This document shows, piece after piece, positions 25,948 through 39,599 of a DNA stretch of 64,000 bases; position 1 is the first letter of the stretch, and each line of letters starts with the position of its first letter. A program made the position numbers and the translations under genes. This DNA is from Raillietiella orientalis (lineage: Eukaryota). Location of the stretch: NCBI GenBank assembly GCA_036172245.1, contig JAYWIR010000007.1, positions 2,914,001 to 2,978,000 of the forward strand, written 5' to 3'. Under the pieces are notes generated by a model that was not told the origin of the DNA, made no database searches, and saw only the letters and a program-made list of their open reading frames with translations.

Positions 25948-26500
25948 TTAGGAAGTCAGCATTTTTTTTGATAGCGTAGGAGTTATGACGAGAGACAGGT
26001 TTGGATTGCCAGTTGAAGAAGGTGTTCTTGTCACCTCATATCCAGATGCAAGTCCATCTAGCTCTTTTGCTCTGGCGTTATGACCAAGAGCTTCGGTTAG
26101 CTGCACTGGACTCTTGCTGAGGTCATTCCCCTGAGGTATTATTTTCACGCGTTACGTTCCACTAGGCATGCAACACTGCATATGAGTATTTGGAGAGATT
26201 GTGCTCGGAGCTGCTCGATGTCACTGGAGCAGATGAGCGCGTTTCACACAGGAAACCTCCACAAAACAAAACTTTTGCGTCTAGGACGCTTCCAGAATGC
26301 ATCCCATTGTCTGGTTTCCCGTACGAAACAAAACTGCACAAATTCGTAGGCTTCTTGGATGGTGGGATGAGACTTCAGAACGTGCAAAATGGTCTTTTTG
26401 TCTGCGATGACAGACCTTTTGACTGCCTCCATGATAGCAGCTTTGCTAAGGCTTTCCACAAGCTTTCCAGGTATATGGAAATCGATCAAGGAAGTTCCAA
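25948..26500 (-). mobile_element. Possible Penelope-like RT fragment
   Basis: VIADK (cf. ADKG), LICSSDIEQL (cf. SxDVxSL) and IPQGNDLS (RT motif B-like) in order, but compressed and weak. Confidence 0.25.
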
Positions 26501-26889
26501 GGAATGATCTGAGAAAGAGAGATAAAGAGAGAGGGAAAAAAAATAAAGACACTATTGTTGTTCAATTGTGATGACAAATGGAGCAATGATGGCTGCATTC
26601 TGTGATTCAATGTGTTATCTTTTAATAAAAATTGTGAGTTGTTTTGCTGGAGTCAGTTCTCTCAACCGAGGTGTTCGCGAAAGATCTCTGCCTCAATATT
26701 TAAAGCTCATGAAAAGTGAAAAATAAATTTGTAAGTGATGAGTCACATGAGCACAGCGTGGAAGCTGATGTTGAGGAGTAAATCTCTTGAATGGATTCTC
26801 GATGGAAGATTGAGGAGACGCATCCGCGATTTGCTCGAGAAGGACAGTAACGGCTGCCCACGTTGGAGGTAGTGTGGCTACGGCCTCCG

Positions 26890-28960
26890 CGCGTGGTATC
26901 AAGCGTTGTAAGTTGGAATACCCGTAGAGGATCGGCGCCGAGAAATGGGTGCGTCGTGGGTTTCGAGTCTCCCCTGCAGGATGACGCTAGTTGGTCTATA
27001 GGCTTTGAGTGAGGCAGTCCGGAAACCGGATGCCCCTGTTGACTGGCCGGGATTGGAAGTTGACGCTCCGAGGTCCTTCGAAAAATCAAGAAGTCTCCGA
27101 AGGGATCTCCCTTCGGAGTTTTGCTCAGGTTGTAAAAATGGAGATGCCTCCCCTCTTCTCGGGGAGACCCTCCATCTCATACCATAGAGCTGGTTGCTAC
27201 CTCTCTCGGGGGTTGCCCTTGCAAAGTGTCAGAGCGCGCTTCAGAGAAATTTGAAGGCGTCCCTTCGTGGTTCTCCTCAGAGGAGGATTGAACAGGAAGC
27301 GATTCCCTTGCAGGTTCCCTCCGGAAGAGAAATTCAGGAGCGAATCTTTTCCTGGTTACCCTCGGAGAAGGAATAAGGAGCAGCTTCAGAAACCAGGGGT
27401 CCCTCTGAAAAAATAAGGAAAGGGTTTCCTTCGGAGACAACCAAAGCGTGGAGTGCCTGCAGGGCTCCCTACTAGGGGTAACAGGAACGGAATGTTTCCT
27501 CCGTAGCTTTTCTGGATTTATTAAGTGGTCCACTCCCGGGGTACTCCCTAAGTTGAAGTGTCACTCGAATCCTTGGTGGAGTAGGCAATATTAAAGAGCT
27601 CCATCAGCCCCCCTACGGAGACGGCATTCTTGAGTACTTAGCAAACCAAAGAAAGAAAAACCCTAAAAAAAACAAAAACCGGAAGGAAAATAGTGAAACA
27701 CAAAAATTCAAAGGGATTTCCATCATCCTAGACCATCCTAGACCACGCCCTGGTGCAGACCACTCCTCCTGAAGAGCGCAACCAGCCGCGAGGGACTCAC
27801 ATCCCTCCTCGTCGCTCGCGAAAGATTGCTGAGACGTTGTGGATACCAGCTCCGCCAGATGGTTCCTCTGGTGGAGGAGAACATCTGGATCTCTTGCCTC
27901 ACGCGAACTACACTACCTGGCTTCAGGAGTCGGTCTTCGCCTGGGGAAATATCCACGGCGCGAGCGAAGCGGCGTACGCCTGCAGTCCACACTCGCAAGA
28001 CATTGGAGATCATCTGCAACTCGCAAAAGATGAGGTACGCCTTATCTATCCCCCTTGTTCCAGTGCTTCCCTTCCTAAGGGAAGCAGGAGACAGCGTGAT
28101 CCCGGAAAGGTGAAAATGATTTGATGCATAGCAGCAAAGAAGAAATTTTTGAGGTGTCGATAACTCTGGAAGTGACGGACGCTCCGACCCCGAGTGTCCC
28201 ACCTCATGGACTTGTAAGCTGAGGAGAGCTGCTCGACATCCCTCTGGAGGAGGTGAAGTGGCCCCTAGCGTGCTGGAACAGGGCAACCCTCCCCCTCAAG
28301 TGGCAGGAGTCGGAGTTGCTGGTGTTGCATGGGGAATCCCGTGCAAAGCTCTCCTTCGCCACTGGACAAGGGGGAGGAGCATGGACGCTGAGTGCGAGAC
28401 AGGTGCGGGAAGAAGGATATCCTCCCGCACCTGCTGTTGGACTATGCTGTACTCCGACCCCTTCGGGATCGCATCGCGACGACTCTAGGAATCTCTGTAA
28501 GTGGTCCAAGGACATTTGGAAACTCCTCTTCGCGCGTGCCGTTCTGCCGTCAGCCGCGTCCCTAGCAGCTGTCTGCTGCGTCCGCGGAATCGTGGCAGCC
28601 TGGAATGCCGGAAGAAGAGGCCAGAATGGCGGGAACGCCATCCACTGATCGCGAATCTTCCTGAAGACCCCTCGAGATGGCTCCACCTGGGCACTATCCG
28701 AACAGAACTTGCCAGCATCCAGAACAGGATGCAGAGGAAGCCTGGCAGCGTGCCGTGATCCCTTCCTCGGTTTCTTCCTCCCCGTTTATAATTTCCCCTT
28801 CCCTGTTTTGTTTCTTCATTCTTTTTTGTTTTTGTTTTTCCCTCATCCACGCTGCCGAAGCGGACCTCGACGGTCTGCGTACCGATATTCGGCAGGTTCA
28901 TTGAGCGTGGTAGAACCAACGGTTCTACCACAAAAATGTATTTTTATTACTGACGTAAGA
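26890..28960 (+). mobile_element. Internally deleted L1/Tx1-like LINE, copy A (direct repeat with 32100-33320)
   Basis: VVSWNTRRG (EN start, ~26905); zf-RVT-like WNRATLPLKWQESELLVLHG-IPCK..RHW..C..CGKKDILPHLLLD (28270-28445); pyrimidine-rich 3' tail. 28224-28920 is ~98% identical to 32568-33265. Confidence 0.65.
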
Positions 28961-30899
28961 AATGCCCCGGAACATCCTAGGTCCATAGCAAGGAAGCCGC
29001 TAAGAGAACACCAGTTTGTGGTTTCAAAAAACCGAGATACATTCTGATAACGTCGATGATGCGCACACCAAAGATTCAGGTGGTGAATCATCATGCTTAG
29101 GGACTCTCCTGAAGACAAGTGCAAATCAAAATAGGGAAAGAAGTAACGACCTATTCATAAGGATTGAGTGGAAGGGCATTCTATTCCTGTACGAGGAGAA
29201 AGTCTCGACAGGGTAGGATGTTATTCGTGGTGTGCTGTTTCGGAGGCAGATGGCGATAGTGAAGAGGAGAAGGAAAGCGGAACGTTGCTCCGTTCGTAGC
29301 TCATAACCACTAGAAGTTTCCTCTGTCTGTTAAGAAAAGACAATTTGATGATCAGCAGTTCCGGAAACGAAGCCTCTTGCTACCCAGCGAGAAAGTTCCT
29401 TGAAGGGTCTTTTGCTCTGAAATGTGCAAGGAAACACGCATGTCCTCATGTTTTCAGCTCTTCAGCTTGTTAGAAAACTCGTGCCCAAAATTCTAAAAGA
29501 TCCTTGGGGTTTTTCTTCTTGAACGCGAGACAAGAACTTCCTTGAGAAGGCCGAATGGGATCACCGGATCGCAGAGGGATTTTCCAGCAAGTTTTCTGAA
29601 AGCTTTTGTCAGCGGGAGTTCCTGAACTGTACTCATCTTCAGATTTTCCCTGAAGATAAAAGGCTCTCGGGAGGCTGTAACCAAGGCAAAGGGACGAAAA
29701 AGTTCGGTATGGCATCTTGAATCAGGGTTTTGTTCATGCGCATGATGGAATCACATCCAGCGAGCGGCGCAACAGAAATCACACATCCATTTAAATGTTT
29801 GAAGCAAGGATACAGCAAAGGTTGGGAAGCGTCGAGACACTGGAGATAGAAGACAGTGCTGACAGCAGAGAGCATAACCGTGTTGGGGCCAACCTCAACA
29901 TCCATCTCGACTCATGAAAGAAAGCATGATGACAAGATGCAGAGTGTGTCGGAGATACGGAAATAAAAATCTCACGAAAGCTCATGAAGCTTCAAAGCGC
30001 ATCCTTCACAAGTTGTTGATGCTCTGTAAGAGAATCCTTCAATTTGCGAACCTAACAAAATCACAATTCTCGCAAACTGAGAATTATTGAAGCTTTCCAT
30101 AACGAGCTAGAAGCGCAATCTCTAGGAAACGCCATCGTCTCTTATGCCTTAATCTCTGATGAATCCTCAACTAATGAAAACAGGTAACGCTTCTTAACAG
30201 AAGGGTTGAGGGAGTCGAAATATACAACACGGGTGATTCAATCCTTTGATCACCCAGTGAGAATTGGATCAACGAGAAAGTTCCTGTCAAATTCTAGAGA
30301 AGAAGAGGAAAAAACATGTTTACTTTTTTACAGAAGACTCGGGAGGAGAATTTTTCGCAAGTGATCTTGGCAAAAGTCCGACCTGCTAGTGGTTTTCTAA
30401 GAGTAAATAAAGTTGCCAAAATTTGATGCATGTTTGATGCATTTCGTCACGACTGTTCCGTGGGGAAAATCGATATGGTTGCTATCCAAGCAATATGTCA
30501 TCGTTGCCGGAGCAATTTCTCTTCGCGATAAAAAAAAAAAAAATATACCCGGAAAGGGATAGATAATCTGAACCGAGTCACATCCCACCTTTCGACCTCA
30601 ACACTGATGTCACCGTTCAGAACTCCTTGCATGACTACTGAATCTCAGCAAGATGAGCTTTCCTAAGCATACCCTTTACCTCCCTTCAGATGGCTTGCCC
30701 ACACATGCAGGACAGGCCACCAGCCGCAAAATAATCATCAACCCGAAATGGAAATTTCATTATATCACCCACCGAAGATTAGACTCCTCATCTCACATTC
30801 GTCTTCATTTGTGTATGAATAGGTCAGCTTGTCGAGGAGCAAATGTGCCGAAATGGAGTGAAAGTGAGGTCATTCTTTCCAAAAATATGAGCGAGTCTT

Positions 30900-33320
30900 C
30901 CCCAAAAGATGGAAAAAGCGATCTTCGCGGAGTGTAATTTACATATGGCTCCCTGGGGTAAACTTAACACTCGCGGGGACCGTGATGCTACCAGGGAATG
31001 AAGAAATTGCGGTTTCATAAGCGATCAAAAATGAACGAAACGTTGAGTTCTCGTCGACAGAAAAACTCTGCAGCACACGAAGATTTCGCTTCGTTCCTTT
31101 CCACTCATCGAGGAAGTTTTCCTCCTTGATGGCAAAGGATAACCTACGAGCGGTTCGAAGCATCACCTTTGGAATCACATCTGATAAAGGAAGTTTTGAA
31201 CCAGTTCTAATGAATCGGTGGCTCACACTCAGAAGGCTTGGTCGGCGAAAATAAGAGAAATTTGAAACCATCACTTTCGAGCAATGTTTTTTATTTTTTT
31301 TTTTCCTCGAAGGAAAAAAAAAAATAAGCAGAATAACTATTTCAATCTCTCTACCAAAATACTGACCCACAAACAAAACGATGCTGTCAGACAGCGAGAG
31401 CAGTTCGAAACTGGGCGGGCTGCCCTATGAAGAATGGATTCTCTCCCTTTCCCGAAATGCTTCGTTGAAAGGAGTTTCATGGACTCTGCCGGGTTCGCAA
31501 AACCGGCTCCTGAGTGGCGAGTGAAACCTAGTTGTGAAAATGCCAATCGTTTCTAAAATATAGATCTGTGTATTTAAACTCAATGGCTTTGAGAAAACCT
31601 GACAGCTCCACGGATGTGTTGGACTTGCATCTCTACCAACAAACATTCACTTCAGGTTCCAGAAGTCTCATTGCAGATTTTTCACACCTGGTTTCTCCAG
31701 GTACGCCAATTTTGCGAGTGCTCCAGATATAAGAGGTGACAGCGGGTATTCTAGCTCCATCCACGGATGCAAAGGGAAAGAGTGTCGGTCTATTTCAAGT
31801 ACAGGCAAATAGATCTGATTCCTCAGTTTGATCTGATTTCCTGATTCCGAAAAGAAATGCCAGAGTTTCCTGTTTGCCGACAAGCAGCATTAACAGCAAC
31901 ACGAACCATCTAAGGAGATTTTACAGAGTGCCTACTGTAACTGAAAATGAGTGCAATCTTAGGGCGAACCAGCGTTCACTTAATTTACATCTTGGGGGAG
32001 ACGGCTGTTGAGAGAATGGGATTGCTTTTCGGAGAAATTTGGAAGCGCCTCTTTGGGACTCTCTTCATAGTAGTAAACAAGTAGCGGATCCATTCCGGGT
32101 TTCTTTGAAGACAACCAAGGAAAGGATTTCCTAGCAGAAATTAAAGGAAAGGACTCCTTTGTCCGGAGCCTTCCTGGATTTTTAGGGTGGTCCCTCTAGG
32201 GTTACCCGCTTAATTGAAGAACTACGCACCCTCAGGGGGAGTGGACAGTGTCAAAGAGCTATGTGAGCTCTCCTTCCACCTTCCCCACTAAGAAGGCGGT
32301 TCTTGAGTACTTAGCGAATGAAAAAGAAAAAAAAACCCTGGGAGGAAAGCGGCAAAAGCACAAGAACCCAAAAGGATTTCCATCATTCCATACCAACCTC
32401 TTGTCAGTGCTGCCCTTCCTATGGGAAGCAAGGAACAGAGTAATTCCCGGCGAGGTGGGAGGCGATTTGCTGTATAGCAGCAAAGAAAATCTTGTAGACA
32501 TAGACAACTCGGGAAGTGACGGACGCTGCGACTCCGAGTGTCCCATCTCACGGACTTGTACGCTGGGGAGAGCTGCTCGACATCCCTCTGGAGGAGGTGA
32601 AGTGGCCCCTAGCGTGCTGGAACAGCGCAACCCTCCCCCTCAAGTGGCAGGAGTCGGAGTTGCTGGTGTTGCATGGGGAATCCCGTGCAAAGCTCTCCTT
32701 CGCCACTGGACAAGGGGGGGGAGCATGGACGCTGAGTGCGAGACAGGTGCGGGAAGAAGGATATCCTCCCGCACCTGCTGTTGGACTATGCTGTACTCCG
32801 ACCCCTTCGGGATCGCATCGCGACGACTCTAGGAATCTCTGTAAGCGGTCCAAGGACATTTGGAAACTCCTCTTCGCGCGTGCCGTTCTGCCGTCAGCCG
32901 CGTCCCTAGCAGCTGTCTGCTGCGTCCGCGGAATCGTGGCAGCCTGGAATGCCGGAAGAAGAGGCCAGAATGGCGGGGATGCCATCCACTGATCGCGAAT
33001 CTTCCTGAAGACCCCTCGAGATGGCTCCACCTGGGCACTATCCGAACAGAACTTGCCAGCATCCAGAACAGGATGCAGAGGAAGCCTGGCAGCGTGCCGT
33101 GATCCCTTCCTCGGTTCCCTTCCTCCCCGTTTATAATTTCCCCTTCCCTGTCTTATTTGTTCATTCTTTTTTGTTCTTGTTTTTCCCTCATCCACGCTGC
33201 CGAAGCGGACCTCGACGGTCTGCGTACCGATATTCGGCAGGTTCATTGAGCGTGGTAGAACCAACTGTTCGACCATGCAAAAGCACTTTTATTACGTTAT
33301 GTAATAAGTGTCCGGCATAA
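30900..33320 (+). mobile_element. L1/Tx1-like LINE remnant, copy B (RT + zf-RVT + 3' tail)
   Basis: VRSIT (~31155), AGF (~31490), FEKT*Q (~31588, cf. DFEKAYD), FLFAD (~31866, cf. LFADD), YILG (~31987), then the same zf-RVT segment as copy A at 32600-32800. Confidence 0.6.
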
Positions 33321-33719
33321 CCGGGTGATAATCATCAGTTAGCTCCGATCAGGTAGTGAATTCGTTTCTTTCGCTTGCCTTCTAGAGAGAGAGAGAAAGG
33401 AAGTCACAAGTATGTTTTATGTTCAGGATGGAGATTTCAGTAGCAATGGAAACGAAGATTTGGAAGTGCCATGTGGGAATAAGATTTGCTCTTGTCGTTA
33501 CTGAGTGGGATTCCTGAAGTTCCCGGGCTGTAGGAAACTGGGAAGAGACTTTCCATACGTGACAGCGAGTAAAAGTCCTTCAGAGCACAATGTCTTTATT
33601 ATTATTTTGCGAGGCGATCAGAAGTGGCAGACCTCAGAAGTCTTTGGTCTGATCGCAAACTGCTGAAAATTCGATCAATTGACATTGTGGATGCACTCTG
33701 AGATGCGACAACTGGAACG

Positions 33720-34500
33720 GCTTGTTATTTCGAATGAGGGAGACGAAATTTAAATCTCATCAGTGTGTCCAGAAGATCAGTGGTCCACCTTTAATCTCTG
33801 CTTTACTTCAGTCTCGCAAAACTTACCCTGCACGTGTGACAACGAACAGAAGTCTTTACGAACGGATCATACGTAATGGAGTCTTTATTGTATTCTCCAC
33901 AATAGTTGTGATTGCCTCTGAAGCAGGAGGCGGACACCGTGGGAATCCTTAAAGCGGGAGAAAGAGGAAAAAGATCGATGTCTTCCAAACGAGAATATCT
34001 CAAAAAGAAGAATTAATCAAGACGTCTTGCATTCGGAACCATATGCTGAGCTTTCCTCATCGTTGCGACCCACGCTTTCAGATTTCGATCTGGGAAAATG
34101 GAGGCATCCGAGAGAAGGACGCTTCCCAATCTTCCCATACTATTCTGATAACTGGAGCCAATGAATTCTGAATCATTTTTCTTGATGCCAGCTGGATGTT
34201 TATTTTAGTCATAATCGAAGTTTCTTCAAATACTTTGGTGCAGCTCGCACCTACCTCCTCAGTCCACGTGCGGCTGATTCAAAGTTCTTGGTACAATGGA
34301 AAGTTTCAAAGAGCTGAAGATTACGGACTTTGGCAGTCAAACCAGAAGCTCCCAATTGGAAGAGTCATGTTGAATTCTCGAAGCAGGTTGGAATTCAAAA
34401 TGAAATTCAAATGGAAGCATCTGATGAACAAGACTTTCCACAATTCGGAGCCTCCGGGCAAGAACTTGTAGCTAATGCGGGTGAACAGGACAAGATACCT
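33720..34500 (+). mobile_element. Decayed LINE reverse transcriptase (Jockey/I/CR1-like)
   Basis: KISGPPLI (cf. KSPGPDGI), EADTVGILKAG (cf. AxVxPIxKxG), RFRSGK (cf. GFRxG), IIFLDAS (cf. FLDxSKAF) and LPIGRVML (cf. VPQGSVL), in the correct order. Confidence 0.5.
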
Positions 34501-35559
34501 CTAATATGAGAGTTGCTCTTAAAAAGAGAAGAAAAACAGACAAAGTGATTTCAGGAGGCTCCATAATTTGAACTCGAGTTTCTGCATTCTGCATCCCACC
34601 TTCTTTCGACGAGAGTGCGCATTCTTGTATCTCGCTCTGGAACGAGGTGGAGCACGACGAACCGCCTTCATGGCGTTCCATCTTTCATGCACCGAGTAAA
34701 CTGAAGTTTCCTTTGGTGCGACGGTGGGTCTCGTCACTAGAAAGAGTTTCTGTTTTGCCCTAGCTCCTTGATGCTGAGCCAGAATGAGCAATTTGCAATG
34801 CGCACTTGTCGGAAGGAAAATTTCCTCCTGGCACCCCATCGCTGTTCCTGCCCCATCAGTTCGGCATCTCTGTAATCTTCTGTGTGCTTCGACCAGAGCA
34901 TTATGCATGAGGCTTAGGGGAAGAGCCAAAGCCAGAAGTTCCGCTTTCTCACTTGAGAGAAACCACGGAATTCTGACGGAAGCTCTAGTCAGAAAGGCGA
35001 AGCACCGCATTTCGTGAGGTGAAACCACGATCAACGAGGAGCTCGCAGTTCACCCGTCTTAGAGGAAGGAGAAGTACTCGGATATCATCGAATGGAAATG
35101 CTAAGTGCATGCGGACCGTCAGCTACAAAAGGTTCTGTCCTGTTTACCACGGAAGTTACTGCCGCAAGAAACTCATATCGGTCATTAGCTGAGATGGCTG
35201 GAAGCAAACTTAAATAAATGCTTATCAGCTCCTTGGAGATCAACAAGGATAAGATGAAGAACATCCTGGTGACCGTGAGAAGGGTACTTACTTTGTAGTA
35301 CAAAGAAAGAGTGACTGGCCGAGCTTTTCGCATCCATGTAAGAAATGTGCAGACAGTTCCAATAAGAAGTCATTAATGGCTGTTTCCAAACAGGTAACCG
35401 TCTTCAGGAAGGAAAAGCAAAAATGGGTAAGAGAGCGAAGTGGAGCGAGAGGAAGGGCAAAACTTTCGAATCAAGGAAAAGCGTCCTGAACGAAGACTCT
35501 GCTCTTGAAGGAGCTGCTCTTGAAAAAGATCCACGCTCCACGATTCGAGTGCTTTTTTT

Positions 35560-35950
35560 TTGGCTCCTGTTAATGTTTGCGCTATTAATGAGAACACGAG
35601 GGTGGAAGAACATGAAGGATGGGGTCATGCAGAGAGAGCAAGAACTCCGGAACTCCCAAGCTGCTCAACCAATTGGCATACGATCTCAGTTGGTATTGCT
35701 TCCTTTTGGTTTCTTCCTCAAAAATAATCGCTGCAGCATTAGTGATTCCTGATCCTTGAATTCATTTACAGACCACTGTTGAAAAGGAGCACATTTCTGG
35801 GAGCTTCTGCGACTCGTGCCTTGGAAATAGTCTTTTACCTGACTTTGGCGTGGTCCTCGTACTCTCAGCTGCTGCCGGTACACCACCCTCCGGAGTGCCT
35901 TTGGAATTCGGTACCTAAAACAGGGCAAGTAACAAATCACCGTTTCCATT
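35560..35950 (-). mobile_element. Possible Penelope GIY-YIG endonuclease remnant
   Basis: ORF 35686..35949 has CYLP..RVVYR..KDYFQGTSRRS (cf. LPY..GVVY..YIGxTxRxL); N*D and NINR follow downstream. Confidence 0.3.
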
Positions 35951-36999
35951 CACCCCGAAGGTTGCATCTCTGCGAGCCATGAACGTCTTTCCAAGAGACG
36001 AAGATTCTTATTATTCCGTCTTTTGGTAGTGATAAGAATATCCTAAGGATCGAAATTTTTTCCTTCTTCTTTTCTTCGTCAAAAGGCTCCCAGCAGGAAG
36101 CGCCATTCTGAGACTGTGCAACTTTTTCCGGTTTCGAGGAAGGCGGAGGGGGAAAAGCAGCGTGCGAAAGAGCTCTGATTCCGGAGTCGGTCACGTTGTT
36201 CTCCCTTTCCGGTTGTTGTAGTACAATCGGCAAAACACGCACTAGAGATTGGGAGACACCGGCCGAGCTGTCATTTCTCCCACTCTGAAGAGAAGACCGT
36301 TCGCGCTTCCACAAAAAGGAGAGTCGTGTGCGCCAGTGAATAGCCAACGGTCACGTCAATCCATGGGCGACGATTTCAAAGCCGTTTGTCCGAATCTACG
36401 GGACGGGACCACGAACAACAACAACAACAACAGGCAATGAATACAGAGTGAGAGAGGGAAAGAAAGAAAAAACAAAATTGAAAACAAATTTATCGTGACA
36501 TTAAAGTTCCTCAAAGAGAGGAAGCTCGCGATGTCAACAAATATCCAAAGATAAGATGGAAAAAAATATTTCCTGATACGCATACATACGGATGCACATA
36601 ACAAAAAAAGATGATGAAGAAGAAGAAGAGGCACGATCGAACCCAACAGAGTGGCAAATGAAAACACCGGTAAGACTGAAAGCAAAAAATTGCAATAAAA
36701 TAGGATGGCGGGTGACCTCAGGAAGGTTTCAAAACGCAAGCACCGAAACTTTAATTTATTAGAAAAAAATAACCGAATCGAGCGAGAGATAAGATGCTTC
36801 TTCGAGGTTCTACGAGCAACACTCGGAAACGTTATGTAATTTTTTGTTGGAGGAAGATAACACATTTTATCTCCTCGAAATAAGTTACCATGAGTGAACG
36901 GAAATTACGGGAAGTTGGATTACAAGGGAATTAGAATAACTCAGATAAGAAGTAATGAAAAGAGCATCTGACTATCGTAGCAGCAGCATGCTAGGTAAA

Positions 37000-38460
37000 C
37001 GCAAGAACCCTCCAGATTATCAGCTCGAAAAGCCAAACTGTGTCAGTGAAGACGGCTGCCCTCTTTCGTGGGGAGATGGGGGGATGCTCAGCACACGAGA
37101 GCACTTCATGCCTGCTCGCAAGGGCACGCCCGTCACCCTTTCGCGGAAGGGTCGCCGCTCTGCCTGCTGGTGGTCCAAGAGGGTGGCTAAAAATGGGTCC
37201 ACCGGAGATGATTTCGAGAAATGACCCATAGTCTCTTTCCATCACGATGTTTGGGTACACATCTCTTGTCCGTGCTTCACAACAAGGCAGCAGCTAACGA
37301 AAGGGTCACTGCTATGATCTCCTAACATCATCTTCTTCATCGTTTGGTGGGAGAGGGGACCAGTTTATCACAGCTTCTCAGCACGCTGTCTTGAAAGATG
37401 GTAGAGTAAAGGAGTCCTATGAAAGTGCGCGCAGAAGAAAGAATTGGTAGGAAGCAAGGCGAAAGTGTTCTCAGTAGGTCATTCCGGGACGTTTATCCAC
37501 GTAAGGAAACATGGATGCATGATTACTCTCAGGTCAGACTCAGGGAAGGCAGTGCAAGGGAGGAGGGGTCAATACAAATAGGAAAGGGATAGGATATGAA
37601 TTCACTGTATCGAGTCATGCTCTGAGGCCTGCTTGCAATCCTAGAGGCATTCCATTTCACTCTTTTGCCGAGTTGGGACCATGACTGCTCTTCCCGGCAT
37701 GATGGTTACCAGGGACTGCTAGACTAGACTGAAGTCCTGTGGTTAGAGATGCTCAACACAGTTTTGGTTGGGGGAAGCTTGTCTTGAGTGAAGACGGGGT
37801 GCGGCCACACCTTGGTTTTTTTCCTTAGACGTAGTGACCCCCTTATCCAGAGAGGTGTTCTCCCTACGGGAGAGAAACGACATTTTCCAGCCGACAGGGT
37901 GAGTGATTTGTGCTCCGTAGCAGGAGCAACAAAAGTGGTGTGCCAGTGGAAGACAGACCGGTTGGCTGATGCCCAGTGTCCATCTATTCTTTTGAACAGA
38001 AGGCCCGGGCATTCCCTCGTTGGGTACTGTGACCCTTCCTTTCCTACCTGGAACAGCTCTGTACATCCCCTCAGATGGCAGAAAAAGGCTTTGCTGTTAG
38101 TGCACTGGAGATTCCCGTGCAACCAGAGGAGGCACCGTTGGACGAAGGAGACTACCTGCACCATCTGCGAAAAGATGGAAAACTCCACGCACCTGCGGCT
38201 GCAATGCGGTGAACCTCTCAGCGAGTGGAAACGTCTCGTTGCTGCTCTACTTCGGAAGCAACCTGGAAGGGCTTCTGCGATGGTGCTTCACACGGACCGG
38301 GCTTTCGCCTGTTTCCTCGATCGCTTACGAAAAGCTGACGGATGTGACCTGCGATCCCTGTTTCTTCCCCCTTTTATTTTACTTTCCCCTACACCCTCCC
38401 TGCCCTTCAGTGTAGCCAGCTTGCAAATCGGTGGTTTTCTTTTTTTCCTCTCCTGAATTT
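37000..38460 (+). mobile_element. L1/Tx1-like LINE 3' remnant, more distant relative of copies A/B
   Basis: GCPLS (~37054, RT motif). ORF 37788..38456 contains WNSSVHPLRWQKKALLLVHWRFPCNQRRHRWTKETTCTICEKMENSTHLRLQC, a recognisable zf-RVT/CCHC domain that aligns with copies A/B. Confidence 0.65.
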
Positions 38461-38799
38461 TTCATGGACTAGTGGATTCGAAAGTCCACATTTCCTTTTC
38501 CTTTCTTTTGTTCGAAAATAAATGCTCCAGCGTAACCGAGCGAAAATGGATGCAGTTGAATACCACGGTCCACAGATAGGTTTCGGTCCCAATTCGACAA
38601 AAATCCCGCACAGCTCTCCCGGTGGTGCCAGAGCCCATTGAAGCAGAAAGTGCACCCTAGCGCGCTGCCGATTGAGGAGGAACAGAAAGATTCCCCATAC
38701 AAAATGGAGAAGATCACGAGTTTGCTGGAAACATTTCCAGTTAATCAAGACTTCTGTCAAGGCCACCTGAGGACTGGAGCGTCCGCCGGTTGGCGCTCG

Positions 38800-39424
38800 T
38801 TGACCAGTTTTCTGGACGCCTGCTCATCCCCGAGATGTGCAGGAACTCTACTCTCCACCGGCTGGTAACTCTCATCGGGTAGAAAGCGTCTTGATCCTGC
38901 TGGGACTGCTGAACCTTTTCAAGGCGCAGATGCAGGACGGAGCAAGGAAAGCGAGAAGAGATTCTCGAGACCGTGTGCAGCTGAGGAAGCCAGACTTTTC
39001 ACAGAAAGCAGCACAATACCATTCTCCTGAGTTTGAGTGCCACTATCATGCACTCCTTCTTCGGGTCTTGCAGAAGAAGGTATCCAGTCTTCTTGCAACT
39101 GAAGCAGCTGACCACTACAGAATTTGGTTGAAGCTCCTTTTTCGGCACGCTCTTGGCTTTCAAAATTTAGACCAGCTGCCGCTGGCGCTGCCACCTGAGT
39201 CTCTGAACACTACCTTTCTTTCGGCTGCTTCGATAGGAGACGCCAGACAGCAGGGAGAAAGAGGTGCAAATCAGAGGATTGGAGCAGAAAACGAAGACCA
39301 GCAACTATGTTCGTCGGAAGGAAACTTTCATATAGAAGCCGTTCAGGCGGCCTCAGGAAAAGACACTACGAGGTCACGTCGCCGCTTGGCGGAGGCTGCC
39401 CAAAGCATCTGGAATAAACAATAA
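38800..39424 (+). mobile_element. Possible Mutator-like (MULE) transposase remnant
   Basis: ORF 38837..39424 has QELYS (cf. QLYTIH), PDFSQKAA..PEFECHYH (cf. DFExA..FP..GCxFH), YRIWLKLLF..LALPPE (cf. FRxxxKxLxxLAFLP) and SIWN (cf. PNIW). Confidence 0.45.
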
Positions 39425-39599
39425 AGAGGCTGTGGAAGAAAGGCATCGTCACTGGGAGTTTCACTAGGAGATGCAGAGGCGATCGAGACATCCACTGGCT
39501 CTCTTTCTTTGGGTGTAGGCGGCACGCCAATGGAAGAGGATGGAGGATAGAGTGACCCAAGAGTTTCGTGAGGGACGGTAAGTTTTGACTTTTCCTACA

